From the NCBI GenBank assembly GCA_965202585.1, contig OZ241834.1, positions 34,348,001 to 34,412,000 on the forward strand: 64,000 bases of DNA. Reading direction: 5' to 3'. Positions 14,115-27,298 of this stretch are shown here, in pieces (position 1 is the stretch's first letter; each line of letters opens with the position of its first letter). The notes beneath the pieces were generated by a model that had not been told where the DNA came from, made no database searches, and saw only the letters and a program-made list of their open reading frames with translations. Both the position numbers and the translations under genes were made by a program. This DNA comes from Thalia democratica (lineage: Eukaryota).

Positions 14115-14275
14115 TATCTTGGCGAATAAATTTTTACAAAAGAATAAACTCAACTTTTCTAAACTTCACTTAAGCAACGTTTTAAGTAACAATTAAGTAA
14201 TTTACAAAAATATAAAGCATAAATTTAATATTATTAAAAAAAGTTTTGATGTACAACTGTTTAAAATTTCAGTTG
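14115..14275 (-). pseudogene. Orphan fragment of intron 1 of the minus-strand di-UBL genes
   Basis: TATCTTGGCGAA...CTTAAGCAACG...TTTTGATGTACAACTGTTTAAAA matches intron 1 (e.g. 7070-7230, 21555-21710) but has no flanking exons. Paralogue at ~29257-29410. Confidence 0.65.
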
Positions 14276-15731
14276 TCTCACTTTGCTAACAACTCTCATC
14301 TTGCAAGTTAGTTTAAACATAATCACTCCAAAAAACTAGTTAGCTTTTACATCATAGAATAGCTTTTTTTCTATAACTTTAAAAAAATGTGTAGCTGTAA
14401 TAAAGGAATATTACAAAATTAAACAAATTTGGTCGTTTGTCAACTTTTAGTTTTTTGTCGTAACTTACCAGTTAAGCTAAAAAAATTTAATAAACGATAT
14501 ATAAACTTTAAGAGTTCACTTTTTCATTAAATATAGTCTAATAACTTTGATTTTAATTAAACTTTTGCCCTTTAAATAAAATTTGTCGTGAGTGTATTTG
14601 TTTATTCCGATATAGCTGTTCAAATATTAAAGAATCGGTTAATAGAATGATAAACAAATATGTAGTTTCGTATGCAAAATAAAAGGTTTCTAAGACTGAT
14701 AACATACCTTATAAGGTCTCACAAGCAAGTTGATAAAATTTTTAAACAAATGTTACATAAAGTTTAATTAAGATTCTTGATTAAGCAATTAATATACTAA
14801 GTTAAAATTAAGGACACTGAATTAATAATTGACGTCGAAGTTTTAGTTGTATTTGTTAACTTTACCAATAAGTATAAACTTGATGTAATATTGTTTTTCG
14901 AAGGAAAAGAATGATTGATACTTGTGTTAGTTTATAAAACATTTATAAGGACAAATCAAAGAAAAAACCTTTTTCCATTTTACCATATTCGCTATGCTGA
15001 GCATATTTCATGCAAACTCAAATTTAACAATGATTAAAAAATATCAAGTTGAAATTATTGAATTTGTTCTAGATTTTTAACATTTTCAGGTATTTTAGTT
15101 ACAACATTTTTCACTTACTTTTATCAAATATCAATTTTGTAGGTTATAAAATTCAACTTTGTTCTTATTGGCTCATTTCCTAGTTTTATTTTATTTTTTT
15201 TTTAAATAATCAATCCACAACTTATGACTATTCTTGTAATACTTTGTAAGCTTTTCAGGTACTTATAGAAAACTCACTTAATTAAAACAATGGCCTTCAA
15301 ATTCGATTCGTGTTAAAGCAAAAATATTTTATAATTAATTTAACAACAAACATTGATATTGCTTTTGAATAAACAGCTTAAACTAAAAACTTGCCAAACT
15401 GTTTTATCAATTTACCCTACCATATTCATTCAATATTTTTTAAATACTAACAGTAAATAAAGTGATATTCTCAGTTACTTTACATTTTTAAGAGTTTAGT
15501 ATAGTTTATTTAAGTATGCTAATTTAGTATTATTTATACCGATTAAGATAAAAATAAACACTATCTTTTTGAAACAATTTTTAATGTATTTTCGAGTGAA
15601 AAAACAAAACGAATCAGCTTAGTAAAATAAAAAGTTCGAAATGTAAAATAGTATCATAGCAGTAAAAACAAAATTGCATTGGTAAATATAGGTATCGCAT
15701 ACTGAGCACTTTAATAAATGTGGAAATTTAT

Positions 15732-15793
15732 TCAACCACCAATTATCAACACCAAATAAATAAGAGCACTATTTTGGATGTTGTAATCAGACA
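15732..15793 (-). pseudogene. 3' fragment of a di-UBL last exon, cut by a rearrangement
   Basis: Minus strand reads SDYNIQNSALIYLVLIIGG*, followed by the family 3' UTR. Upstream homology stops at ~15793. Confidence 0.8.
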
Positions 15794-16481
15794 TTTCTCA
15801 ATACAAGTTAAAAAATGGGCTCAAAAGGGTTCGGTACAAGGACCTGGTTTACGAAAAGTCCTTTCGGTTATCGTGCCAAAAGTTTAAAGTTTAATCCAGA
15901 AGAAGTTATTTTTAAGATGCTACCTTTTGTTTAATATAAATTAGTTTAGACTTGATTAGTTACTTAAAACATTATGTTTTGACATGCACTAATTTTTGAG
16001 TACTAAATAGTGTTTACCATTTTTGTTATCTTATATGTGTGCTGACAATCAAAGTTATTGTCTTGAAAATAAAATTAACCCTATCTCCTCCTTATTAAAT
16101 ATAGGGATAATCTTCATCAGTTTTTATCTCAAGTATTACAAAAAAATTTATATGAAAAACCTGTTTGGTACAGAACAACTATTTGAATTACTTAAGACTA
16201 AAAACATGTAAATGATAATTAAAATTTCAGCTTGAATTATTTTCAATTTATAAACTAAAAGTAGAAATAAAATATAACATAATTTTTTACTTTGCCTATA
16301 AAAGCTTTTATTTAGTAAGTTCTCATTAAAGGCTAAAGAACCACAAATTTTTGTTTAGAAGAATAAAACAACTTAACTTTTATAAGTTAAAGAGTTATTT
16401 ATGTTAAAAACTAGGATTAACTAGATGTATTCTATTGAGTTTTTGATTATGACTTAAATTTGAATAAAATCTTATTAACAG

Positions 16482-16779
16482 AAAATGAAATTAATTGTGA
16501 TGTCACTGACGGGTCACAACTTCACTTTGGAAGTTGAAGTTTCTAATACAGTTAAAGATATCAAAGATAAACTGAAAGAGAAAATGGGTAACTCTAACTT
16601 AAAAAATTGTGAAAATTTTTAAGATAATAAATTGAAGTAAATCTTTAATATTATTAGGGTGGTCGTCAGTGTACATTAAATATTTGATGATTTCTGGTGG
16701 TGTAAAATTACTTGACGACAAAACACTGTCTTACTATTATATACAGAACAACTCTAATCTTTATGTGGTGTTTAGGTAG
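16482..16779 (+). CDS. Orphan second UBL domain of the plus-strand subfamily (74 aa from its own ATG)
   Basis: Exons 16482(ATG 16485)-16587 and 16658-16779, with a phase-1 intron at the Gly35 position. [74 protein letters not shown]. Exons 1-2 seen in the paralogues are missing beyond the 15793 junction. Expression unknown. Confidence 0.55.
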
Positions 16780-17072
16780 ATAAAGTAAAGAGGTTAGGTA
16801 AGTCTTATCAGATTGTCGTTTAAATAAAAAATAAAATATAATTTTATTGTCTATCAGGTAAGTTATTAGTATATCAGTAACATTAAGCTCATAAATTCAT
16901 AATTTTGAAAAATTGATAAAAATTTGTTTAGTTTTCTCTGAAGTTGAAAAACTTATTATGTATATGTTTTAATTTGTTTTTAAGGTAAGTTGACTACACT
17001 TTAAAGCTTATAAGTTGATAAAACAATTATTTGTAGATAGACTTGGTACAAATTTTTATTAAATGTCTACAT

Positions 17073-17336
17073 CAGGGTTTCCAAAAAAGAGCCGTACATT
17101 ATAGAAATAAAGTCATAAGCATCAAATGGGTCAAGTAGGGACATGAGTAGTAAAGGGACCACATGAGGGACATGAGGCCGTAAATTAAAACTTGCATTAG
17201 ACATTCCAGAGTTGATGATTAAAAGCAAAAAAAAAAGTTCTTAAGCGTATTAATGGTTGCTTTTTGAAAAACTTTGTCGGGGGTCAAGCTTATTTTTTTC
17301 TTTAAAGGGGCCTTATGAAATTATTTTTAAGTTCTG
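17073..17336 (+). mobile_element. Degenerate hAT MITE, same family as 1143-1516
   Basis: GTCTACAT|CAGGGTTTCCAAAA left end, similar GGGCC-rich interior, decayed right end (..TTCTG|GTCTAT). Confidence 0.75.
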
Positions 17337-19872
17337 GTCTATGCACTACATATTGTAAATTTTTACTTAAGCAAACCTATCTAAAAATAAGTTCCAACAG
17401 TTATTAATTGTTGTTTAGGCTAGACATCACGCAAGTAATATTTGAAGAAAACGAATCAAAACATATAATTAACTTGGTATAATTACTGCATTGAAAATGA
17501 AGTTGAACTTACAGTGTTTTCTCGAGTTTGTTTAATATAAGTTACAGATTTGTGATTTTATGTTAACCATAAAAGTGCTTATGTTTGTATAAAATGTTTT
17601 ACTTTTTTGTTTTATTTTGAACTGGATTAAACACTGAGTAAATAAAAATGTCATTTACTTATATAGAAACAACTTAAGTAAGTATCTATCTATACTGCTA
17701 AAATAATACTAATTAAAATATAACATTTTATTACAGTTACCACACACTAAAAAAAGAGAGTGATCTTGAAAAATATTTGTCTAATACAAGTATAAGATTA
17801 GTAATAGTTCAAATGCTATAAGACATGACTCTATAATAGAAAAACACTGAGTTCAAATACTTTTTTTTTAAATAAACAAAATTCAATGTTTGTTCTAAAA
17901 TTTACTGTAATATTAATGTACAACATATTTCATGAGGAAAATTACCAGAAGTTTCATACTTGAAACTTTAAAATCAAAGAATGTACCATTAAATGAACAC
18001 TTTTGTTACCAAAGCTATTCTTGTATTCTAAATTATATTAAACATACACTTTTAACGCTTTGAAAGGTTTTAAAACATAGCCAACGTTCATTAAATTTAA
18101 TTTGTTTTTTCATAATCAACAAAAATGTTTAATTAATTCTATGAGAATCCGTTTAATATTGTACTTAAGAGTTTTTTATTTATGTAATGCATCGTATTAG
18201 TTATATCGAAAACAACCCGAAACGTTTTATAAAGAGAAACTAAAAAGTTAAAAAGTTAAACAATCAATAGTAACTTAACATATTTTTATTATACAATTAT
18301 AAATGATTGGTGATAGTTTATTATGATAAAACAAAACAATTATTTATTATGGCAGAAAATTTTTTTAATTTTACTAATTAGTACAAATTTAAACAAAATT
18401 TAAATATTGAAGTAAATTTAACCTTCTTTTAAGAAAGTTTTAAAGTTATATAAGTAAGAATGGTTAAACATCTCTATTTTTTTAGACTTATTAGATACGA
18501 AAACTTTAGAGCTGTATGTTATTTTATAACATCACACGTTTAACTTATTCTACAGTTACCCCACACTAAAAAGTGGGTGATTTTGAAAAATGTTTGTTTA
18601 AAATAAGAATTAGATTAAAAGTGCTAGCGTCGATTTTACATTTTTTTACATTTGTTAAAATAGATGGTTTGAAATATGGTTTCATATACAAATTCACAAT
18701 GACCAAGTGTAGGTCATTTAAAATATGTAAGAAACTTTACAGTTTTTGTAGTATTCATGAAAACAATATTACTGTTATTTGAATTTATAGAATAGTTTTT
18801 TTATAACTTTTTCACAATGTGTAGCTGTAATAAAGGAGTATTACAAAATTAATAAAATTTGGTTGTTCGTTAACTTTTAATTTTTTCGTAAGTTACAAAT
18901 TTGACTTAAGATTTATTTAATAAACGATATATAAATTTTAAGAGTTCACTTATTTATTTAATTTAGTCTAATAACTTTATCTGTAGTTAAACTTTTACCC
19001 CTTTAAAAAAACTATATTGAAATTCTTAGAGTGTGTTAGTTTATTCCGATTCTGTTCAAATGTTAAAGAATCAGTAAATTAAATAATAATAAATATGTAG
19101 TTTCTCATGCAAAATAAGTTTTTTTAATACTAATAGTGAAAACAAAATTTTTTAATACCTTATAAGCTTTCACAAAAATTAACAAAAATGTCTAGACAAA
19201 AGTTACATAAAGTTTAATGAAAATTTTGGGTTTCAACAGTTTATATATTATGTTAAAACTTTAGATTCTGAATTAAAAATTGACGTGGAAGTTTTAATTT
19301 TATTTTTTAACTTTAAAAATAAAATTAAACCTGAAGTTATATTATTTTTCAAAAGAAAGTAATGATTTATAACTGTTTTATAAACTAATAAAAGTATAAG
19401 GACAAAATATATCACTCCTAAAAACTAGTTTTTGTTGGAAGTTTTACTAAAATAACAAAAAGTTGACTTTTGTTTTATTGTTTTTTCACGTTTTTCAGCA
19501 GAAAACTCACGGAATTTAATAAGTTGCGAAACTTTTTCTGTCGTGGCTTCTAGCTTACACCATTAATAATTTAATTACCTTTAAAAAGAAATTTAAAATT
19601 TTATATAAAAACAAAAACTTTGTTTTAAATAAGATCGTTTTAAATACTTCTTAACTGACTTACTTTACATGTGAAGGTTTTTGATGACTAAGGTAGTTTC
19701 GAACAAAGATAGAATGAAATATTTTGTAGTATTATTACGTCATAATAATGAACAAAACTGTGAATATAAAAAAACACTTAACATCTTTTTACAGCATGAA
19801 AGCTTAAATATTTGTATCATACAAAAATGTTAATTCTTAATATTAAAAAATTTTTGATTTTTTTTTTTGAAC

Positions 19873-19921
19873 GAAACTGTCCTGATAAGTAAGCGTCCGG
19901 ATAAGTGAATAAGAACTGTAC
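19873..19921. mobile_element. Possible pogo/Tc1-like terminal relic
   Basis: GTCCTGATAAGT...GTCCGGATAAGTGAATAAGAACTGTA. The reverse complement begins TACAG with TTATCCGG repeats. Paralogues near 45640-45686 and 59410-59438. The family call is a guess from motif style. Confidence 0.3.
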
Positions 19922-20203
19922 TAACATATATAACAAATAAAATTATTTTCTTAGTTGCATTTTAGAAATTTTAATACTAATTAATTAAATATACTAACTA
20001 AATATTCTTTATACCGATTAAGATAACAATAAACAACATTTAAAAAAAAAGTTTAATGTTTTTTTCACGTAAAGAGTAAAACAAAAAAGTTTAGTTAAAT
20101 AAAAACTTCGAAGTATAACATAGTATCATAGCACAAAAAACATAATTTCGTAGATGAAAATAGGAAACGCATACTGAACACTGTAATAAGTGTGGAAATT
20201 TGT

Positions 20204-21860
20204 TCAACCAAAAAGGCTCAACACCGAAAAAATAACAGAACCATTTTGAATGTTGTAATCAGACAAAGCCCTTTCATTTTCCAATTTTTCTCCAGCCCAG
20301 ATCAGATGATGCTGGTATGGTGGGATACCTGAAAAATATTCAAATACTGAATGTAATAATACATTTAAGCTTTTTCTATCACAAAATTAATTAATTTATT
20401 TATTTATTTGGTTTTTTATACTATTTCAACATTTACATTAAGTTATGTAATTTACATTAAGCTCAATATTTTAACCTCAATTATGTAACATAATGTTATT
20501 TTTTTAATGTGTGTGAAAAGTATAAGTACTGTTCAATTCATAATAAATATTAAAGCTATTATATTTTCGAATTAAGTAGACTTCTTACGTCTACTAATAG
20601 ATGGAACAGTTTGAGTATATTTACCAAATTCTTAAAATATTATCTTAAAAGTTGTCATAAATCTACAAGTTATACAAACCTTCTTTGTCTTGGATCTTGG
20701 CTTTGACATTTTTAATGGTGTCAGAAGCTTCAACTTCCAATGTGATGGTTTCACCAGTTATCATTGTCACAAATATTTGCATTTTTCTCTATTGATAAGT
20801 TTTTAGTAAAGTTCAAAAATTATAGTTCTTATAGTTCAAAAATTGCATAAAAAACTTAAACCACTATATTAATAAGAATAAAAACAAAAAAAACATATAC
20901 GAGCTTTAAAAGGTTTTGTAAATTTTTGATTTTACTAAAAAATTAATTTACTTCGAAATTTATAACGAAAATAATATAAAAGAGCTTTGACAACTTATTA
21001 CATGAATTAGTGTTTTGTTTAAAAAAAAACAATTAAAAATTATTATTACGGAGCAATTGTTGTTTTTAACATTGTAAGCTATTTACACATTTTTATTTTT
21101 TAATGTATTTAATGTTTTTGAACTAAAATAATTTGTATCCATAGCTATCCTTGTTTAAAAAACTTTTGCTAATTTTTCTGACTTTAGTCAAATATTTATT
21201 TTTAATTTAATACCTATTTAGAAAAAAAACTAATATGTAGTGTATTTTGAATGCATTAAAAAGTGAGTATTGGATTGTTATTTAAAAAGATAAAACAAAT
21301 TTATACTACGCAAAAATTTTTTTTATAATATTTAGTTATTTATTTGCTTATATTTTTAATATAGAATACTAACTGCAGTAAGAGTTGATCCATTCTCAAC
21401 TCCATGATCAGATAAAGTAGAAGGTTTTGAATTTCTTTCGTCTTTCAATTCACTTTCACCAAAAAACAAGCGTACCTGATGTAACGGATGACCTGAGTTT
21501 TCAAATGATAACATGAATTTTGTATAAAAATAAGAAAATAGGTTTTGTTTTTTATCTTGGCGAAAAATTTTTTACAAAAAATACACTAAACTTTCATAAA
21601 CTTCACTTAAGCAACTTATTAAGTAACAATTAAGTAATTTACTCAAAAAAAAATAAAGCATAAATCCTATATTAGTTAAAGACATTTTGATGTACAACTG
21701 TTTAAAACTTCAGTGCAACACTTATTTTGTTAGTTAATTTATTTAAAAAAGTTTCACTACCTTTTTCTTTAGCTTTATTTATAAGATCTTCAATGCTGTC
21801 AGAAACTTCAACTTCCAATGTGATGGTTTTACCAGTCAAAGTTTTCACAAAAATTTGCAT
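20204..21860 (-). CDS. Di-ubiquitin-like protein, minus copy 3 (intact, 150 aa)
   Basis: Exons 21860-21761, 21492-21374, 20788-20680, 20328-20204. [150 protein letters not shown]. Confidence 0.82.
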
Positions 21861-22661
21861 TTTTATTTTGAAAAGCTGTTAAGATATTTGTATTTATAAA
21901 ATGGTGTCCCACAAAATTCTACCAAGTAAATCTAGTTTTTCTATTTTATTTTTTGCAAAAATGAATATAAGAAATCAACTAATATTTACTTTTAAAATAA
22001 AACTGCAACCAATACACTTGTAAAACTTTTCATAGAACTGTTCCTATAAAACTTAACTTTTAAATACCCAAAAGGACTTATTTGTTAAACCTATTGTCAG
22101 TAGTATAAATTTATTTACAATAATTTCAAATTAAATGTAAATTTATGTTTAACTTTTTTACACTAAAAAGTTTTATTATGGAGCAAGATAATCTTGACCT
22201 TTTAAATAAGTCAGTTTTTATGTCTGTTCAACAGAAATTGTGAAATGTATTTTAATCATTGACTTTACTGGTGTTTTAATTTTATACTTTTGTGTTCATA
22301 AGTAACATTTTGAGTTTAAAAACAAAAAAAAATGTTTGAAAATATTTTAGTTTAAAAATATTTAAGAACCAGCTTATGATATGAAAATAATAAATTTGAA
22401 TCATCTAAAAAAATAGTTACGCTAAAAAATTAGTATTATGAACTTAAAAAATAAAACATTTACTGTGTAATATATTTTCATATAATTAAAGATTGTTGGA
22501 TATACTGTTGAAATTTAGCTACTGTAAGCTTTTAAAACGTTCTAACTTACAGAAATGATTCTATATATTTATTTTTGAAGAGCTTAGATAACTTTAATAT
22601 AAATAAGCGGATAAACTATTGTACTTGACTTGTCCTGGATAAGACGTTAAAATGTATCCAT

Positions 22662-22708
22662 GGTGTGCGACTCGATAACCGAAAGGTTTTTCGTGCACCA
22701 GTTCCTAG
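22662..22708. promoter_or_regulatory. Conserved GC-rich upstream element (GACTCGATAACCGAAAGGTTTTTCGTGCACCAGGTCCTAG-like), candidate regulatory site
   Basis: Eight copies: 22662, 33349, 53526, 62165, 63589, and reverse-complement at 15838, 41628, 55396. Seven lie ~600-820 bp upstream of a UBL-domain ATG in the same gene-relative orientation; the 63589 copy is a more distal duplicate. Function is inferred only. Confidence 0.4.
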
Positions 22709-25474
22709 AACTAAATATTTTGAGCGTATTTTATGTCGTTCAATAAACTATAAGATATAAACATAAGAAAAAATAACTTACTGACATAAATGTAAAACTA
22801 ATGTCTAAAAATTCTAAAACTTATATAAAACTTATGATAAGTTTCATAATTTTGCTTGTACTGTAGTTTATTTTATATAAACTTATCGATATCATTGATT
22901 TTTTATAATTCAATCTAAAACTTTTTCTTTAAGTATAAGTTTTACTCATAACTGCGGAAACCAACTACTTTATGTTCGTAACAGTTTTGTGCTAACTGGT
23001 CGTAATTTTAAAAAACTTTTTCATAAATTGTACGACTGTTCTCTGTTTTATTTTCAAAATAGCAAGTACTTAATTTGAAAATATTAAAACTAAAATACAA
23101 TTATTTGTGGTTGAAAAAAAATACTTAAAAGTCTTCAGTTTAAAAAGTTTTGCTGAAAAAAACTTTTTTTTACAATTGTTAAAAAAAAACTTCAGTCCTT
23201 AACTCTAGACTTTACAACGATAATCGTTAAAATTTAGCTTTTATGTAAATAAAACGGTTTTGCTTTTTAATTTGCATTTAAAAAATCTTAATTTAGTTTT
23301 AAAACAGATTAAAACTTGTGTCCTTCTAACCATAAGTTTATTTTTTAAATATTGGGTTATAAAAAATACGAAACACGCAGGTATGAAAAAACATACAAAA
23401 GTTATTTTGTAAATTTTAAGAATGCAATCAAACATTTTCAAAATATAAAGCTGTTTTTACTTCTATTCTATGCATAATTGTTTTCTAGTAACATTTTAAG
23501 AATCACCTAGATCATCTTTTGTCTGGTTTTTATAATTTATTTTAAAATATGTATAATTCAATTAAAACTGGGTTGTTTCTACTAGAACAGCGATTCTAAC
23601 TTGACTATTTTACAAGTTGATTTATTACTGAAACTTATTGTTTATACGCATTGATGAGAGAAATTAGTAATGTTTAAAAATTTTTTAGTTTGTTAAGATT
23701 ATCAATAACTGATAAAAATCTGTCTACTAAATTGTGTATTAAGTAAGTACTTTTTAGATACCAATAAAATATTTTAATTTCTGTTTTAGTATAAACAGTA
23801 CTAAAACTTAAAAAGAATTTTATAAAACAAAATTTAAACAAAAGTTGCTTTTGCTCGTAAGTTCTTAAGTAGAATATTACACTAGTTTTAAATATTTTTT
23901 GAAATTTACATTGATATATAACTAAAATACATTTAAAAAAGTTTCATGCTAAAAGCTAATAGCAGTAATTTTACTCCAAGAGTAAACATTTAGAAGTATT
24001 ATTTTTTTATAAATTGTACATTATGTAATTTAAAAATCTAAAAAACTAAAGTTTGGACTAGGTGATAACTAGTTTTTATTTATTACACTTATTCATAAAA
24101 ACTTTACTTTTAAAGAAATATTAAGTAAAAAAAAATATTAAAATATTCTATGTCATCTAAATGTTAATATACGACTTTACAGTTATATATTTTTGTCGGT
24201 ATATGCTTATTTTTTTCAAATACTTTAATTAACTCCAACAATTCTATTACTTAATCCTAAAAAATTTACTAAGTACATTATTAAAATTATAAATACTGTT
24301 GCACCTATAAAGTATGGAACATTTGTTTTTAGTAGATACGTTTCAAAAGTTAAGGTTTAAAATAAAGTTAATGACTGCTAATTTGCTAATATGTACTTGT
24401 AAAATTCTTTTTTTTTTTAATAAATTAAATACAATATCTTTCACTTCTAAGTTCTACTGTATCAGAAAAATATTATTTTCTTGATTGTTTTTATGCATTT
24501 TAATTTTTCTGTTCTTTTGCATTTAAACTTTTAATAAAAGATTTTTAAGTAAGCTATTAAAAGTATAAAGGTTATTATGTAAAAACTTAAAACATGAATT
24601 CAAATACAAAAGTATTTGAGTAAAAATTATACAATCCATTATTGATACATCTATGACATAGAGTAATGAGTAGACATTTAAACTAACTAATAGAAAATAA
24701 ATATAAGCTTAGATATCAATAAATGTAAATAGTGATGTAAAGTAAATTTAAAAAATTTCCTAAAGTCTAGTTATCATAGATTTTGAAATACTAAATACTT
24801 AAATCAAAAAGGTATTTTTGACATCTAAATACTTGTAGTGACTAGTAATGAAATAACCAATTTTAATCTACACCATCTTTCGAAATTTTGAATAAAACTG
24901 TCATTACAGCTTCTTTAAGTTAAAAAAGTACTAATAAAAAAAACAAGAGGGTCATATGCTAAGTATAAACCTGCAGTAAAAACATCATGTATTTTACCTA
25001 TTATTAACTATTAACCTGTAAAATCTGTTGAAATCATTTTTTAAATTTTAATTTTAATGAAAACATGTATACACCTACTTTATTCTATGCTTCTATTCTT
25101 TCATTACAGTAATTATTTTTTTACAGAACCCAGTTGAAGTGTGTTGATTCGTTAACACACAGAAACATATGTTGGTACAATAAAGGAAGATCTTTGTATA
25201 ATTTATTTTTATATATATTCCAGTGAACTTGTTTTAGTAGGATCTTTTGTAAGCAAACGGTTAAATTTATATTTTGAAAAGTGATAACAAATAAATACTA
25301 TTTTTTTGAAAAAGAAATTTATAATGTTTTTTCGAGTGAAAAGTAAAACAAAGCAAAACAGTTTAGTTAAATAATAATTCGAAACATAACTTAGTATTAT
25401 AGCAGTAGAAACAAAATTGCATTGATAAAAATAGGTACCGCACACTGAGCACTTTAATAAATGTGGAAATTTAT

Positions 25475-27298
25475 TCAAGCACTAAGTCTCAACACCAAAT
25501 AAATAACAGAACCATTCTGGATGTTGTGGTCAGACAAAGTCCCTCCATCTTCCAATTGGTTTCCATCAAAGATCAAACGTTGCTTGTTCGGTGGGATACC
25601 TAAAAATATACTAATTAACAAAGTATTGAAATGTTTAAAGTAATATTATAATTCAGCGTTTTATCATCATTTTCACACAATTAGTTAGTTTGAGTACTTA
25701 TTCAATTTTTTATATATAATTTTGACATTTACATCTAGTTATTGACTTTAGATTAAGCTCAAAATTTATGTAACTAATTATGTAATATCGTGGTATTTTA
25801 TTTTTGTTTTATGTTTCAAAATATACACGTGCCTTATGTAGAGTATACCGTGAGTTTTTAAACATTAAAATGAATTTTGTAGAAATATTAAGAAATATAA
25901 GTACTGCTCAATTCAATATAAACAATAAAGCAGTTAGATTTTCAATATTAGTGGACTCTAGTCTACTAATAGATTAGACAGTTTACATATATTACCAAGT
26001 TCTTAAGTATATTATCTTAAAAGTTGTCATAAATCTACAAGTTATACAAACCTTCTTTGTCTTGGATCTTTAATCTGACACTTTTAATTGTGTCAGAAGC
26101 TTCAACTTCAAATGGGATGGTTTTACCAGTCAATGTTTTCACAAATATTTGCATTTTTCTCTATTGATAAATTTTTAGTGAAAACTAACTTATAGTTTAA
26201 AGCTTACTTAAAACTTAAGCTATCTTTTTGTATAAAAATGAATTCATATACACGTAAAAGAGCTTTAAAAAAAGTTTAGTAAGTTTTTAAACTTACTAAC
26301 AAAAGTTAACAGACTATAGATTTTATTAAGAAAATAATATAGAAAAAAGCTTTGAAAAAAACTCATAAAAAAGTGTTTTGTCTAAAATGCTCGTTTTTAA
26401 AACTGTAAAACTTATAGAAAAACAATTGAAAAGTCATTTAGTAATACAAAAATGTCCAATACAAAGTAATTAACTGTTTTTAACATAGTTAATCGTATAC
26501 ACATTTTTATCTTTTAACAGGTTAATTTTTTCTGAATTAAAATAGTTTGTAATTCAAAACTATCTTTGTATGAAACACTTTTTAAAACTACCATTTATTT
26601 ATGACAAATTAACGACTATAGTAAGAAATTTATTTTTAATTCAATACCTGTTATGAAAATAAATAACTAGCAAGAAAATATTTTTATTCGATGTTAAATT
26701 TTTAATGCTTTAAATTGAGCGTTAAGTAGTTATTTATAAAATATTTTAGCAAAAAAAATTATGCTAAATTTAGGAATTTATTACTTATATTTTTGGAGAA
26801 TACTAACTGTAGTAAGAGTTGATTCATTCCGGACTCCATAATCAGACAAAGTAAAAGGTCTTGATTTTCTTACATATTTCAATTCATTTGCACCAAAATA
26901 CACACGTTCCTGATGTAGTGGATACCCTGATTTTTCAAACATTAACATAAGCTTTGTAGAAAAGTAAGAAACTAGGCTATGTATAAGTAAAATTTTATCT
27001 GGGCGGAAATTATAACTTTTCTGTTACCATTCACTTCACTTAAGCAACGTATTAAGTAACAGTTAAGTAGCTTACTAGAATAAAAAGCATAAATCCTATA
27101 CTAGTTAAAGGAATTTAGATGTACAACTGTTTAAAACTTAGTAAAACTTAGTAAAACACTTATCTTGCCAGTTAATTTATTAAAATAACTTTCACTACCT
27201 TTTTCTTTACCTCTACTTCTAAGCTCTTCAATGCTGTCGGAAGCTTCAACTTCCAATGTGATGGTTTCACCAGTAAAAGTTTTCACAAAAATTTGCAT
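25475..27298 (-). CDS. Di-ubiquitin-like protein, minus copy 4 (intact, 150 aa)
   Basis: Exons 27298-27199, 26926-26808, 26160-26052, 25599-25475. [150 protein letters not shown]. Confidence 0.82.

Larger units (their letters stand above)
11900..15793. repeat. Segmental duplication block
   Basis: Colinear with ~27300-30940: promoter region, SINE-like element, GC island, intron relic, 3' flank. Confidence 0.85.
15794..23050. repeat. Segmental duplication cassette (plus UBL gene, MITE, spacer, minus di-UBL gene), copy 1 of 3
   Basis: Colinear with ~41580-48440 (near-identical over long stretches) and ~55345-62580 (more diverged). Confidence 0.88.

Noticed and set aside
22662-22708. Helitron 3' end or ribozyme reading of the hairpin + CTAG
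   Set aside because: No following T target, no matching 5' end, no hammerhead CTGA-N-GA core, and pairing is not maintained across copies.
23050-25200. AT-rich spacer with short ORFs (23241-23441; also 16023, 18573, 37471, 41980, 55554, 58513, 63121)
   Set aside because: Low-complexity K/F/I/L-rich translations typical of AT-rich non-coding DNA. Frames are not preserved among paralogous blocks.
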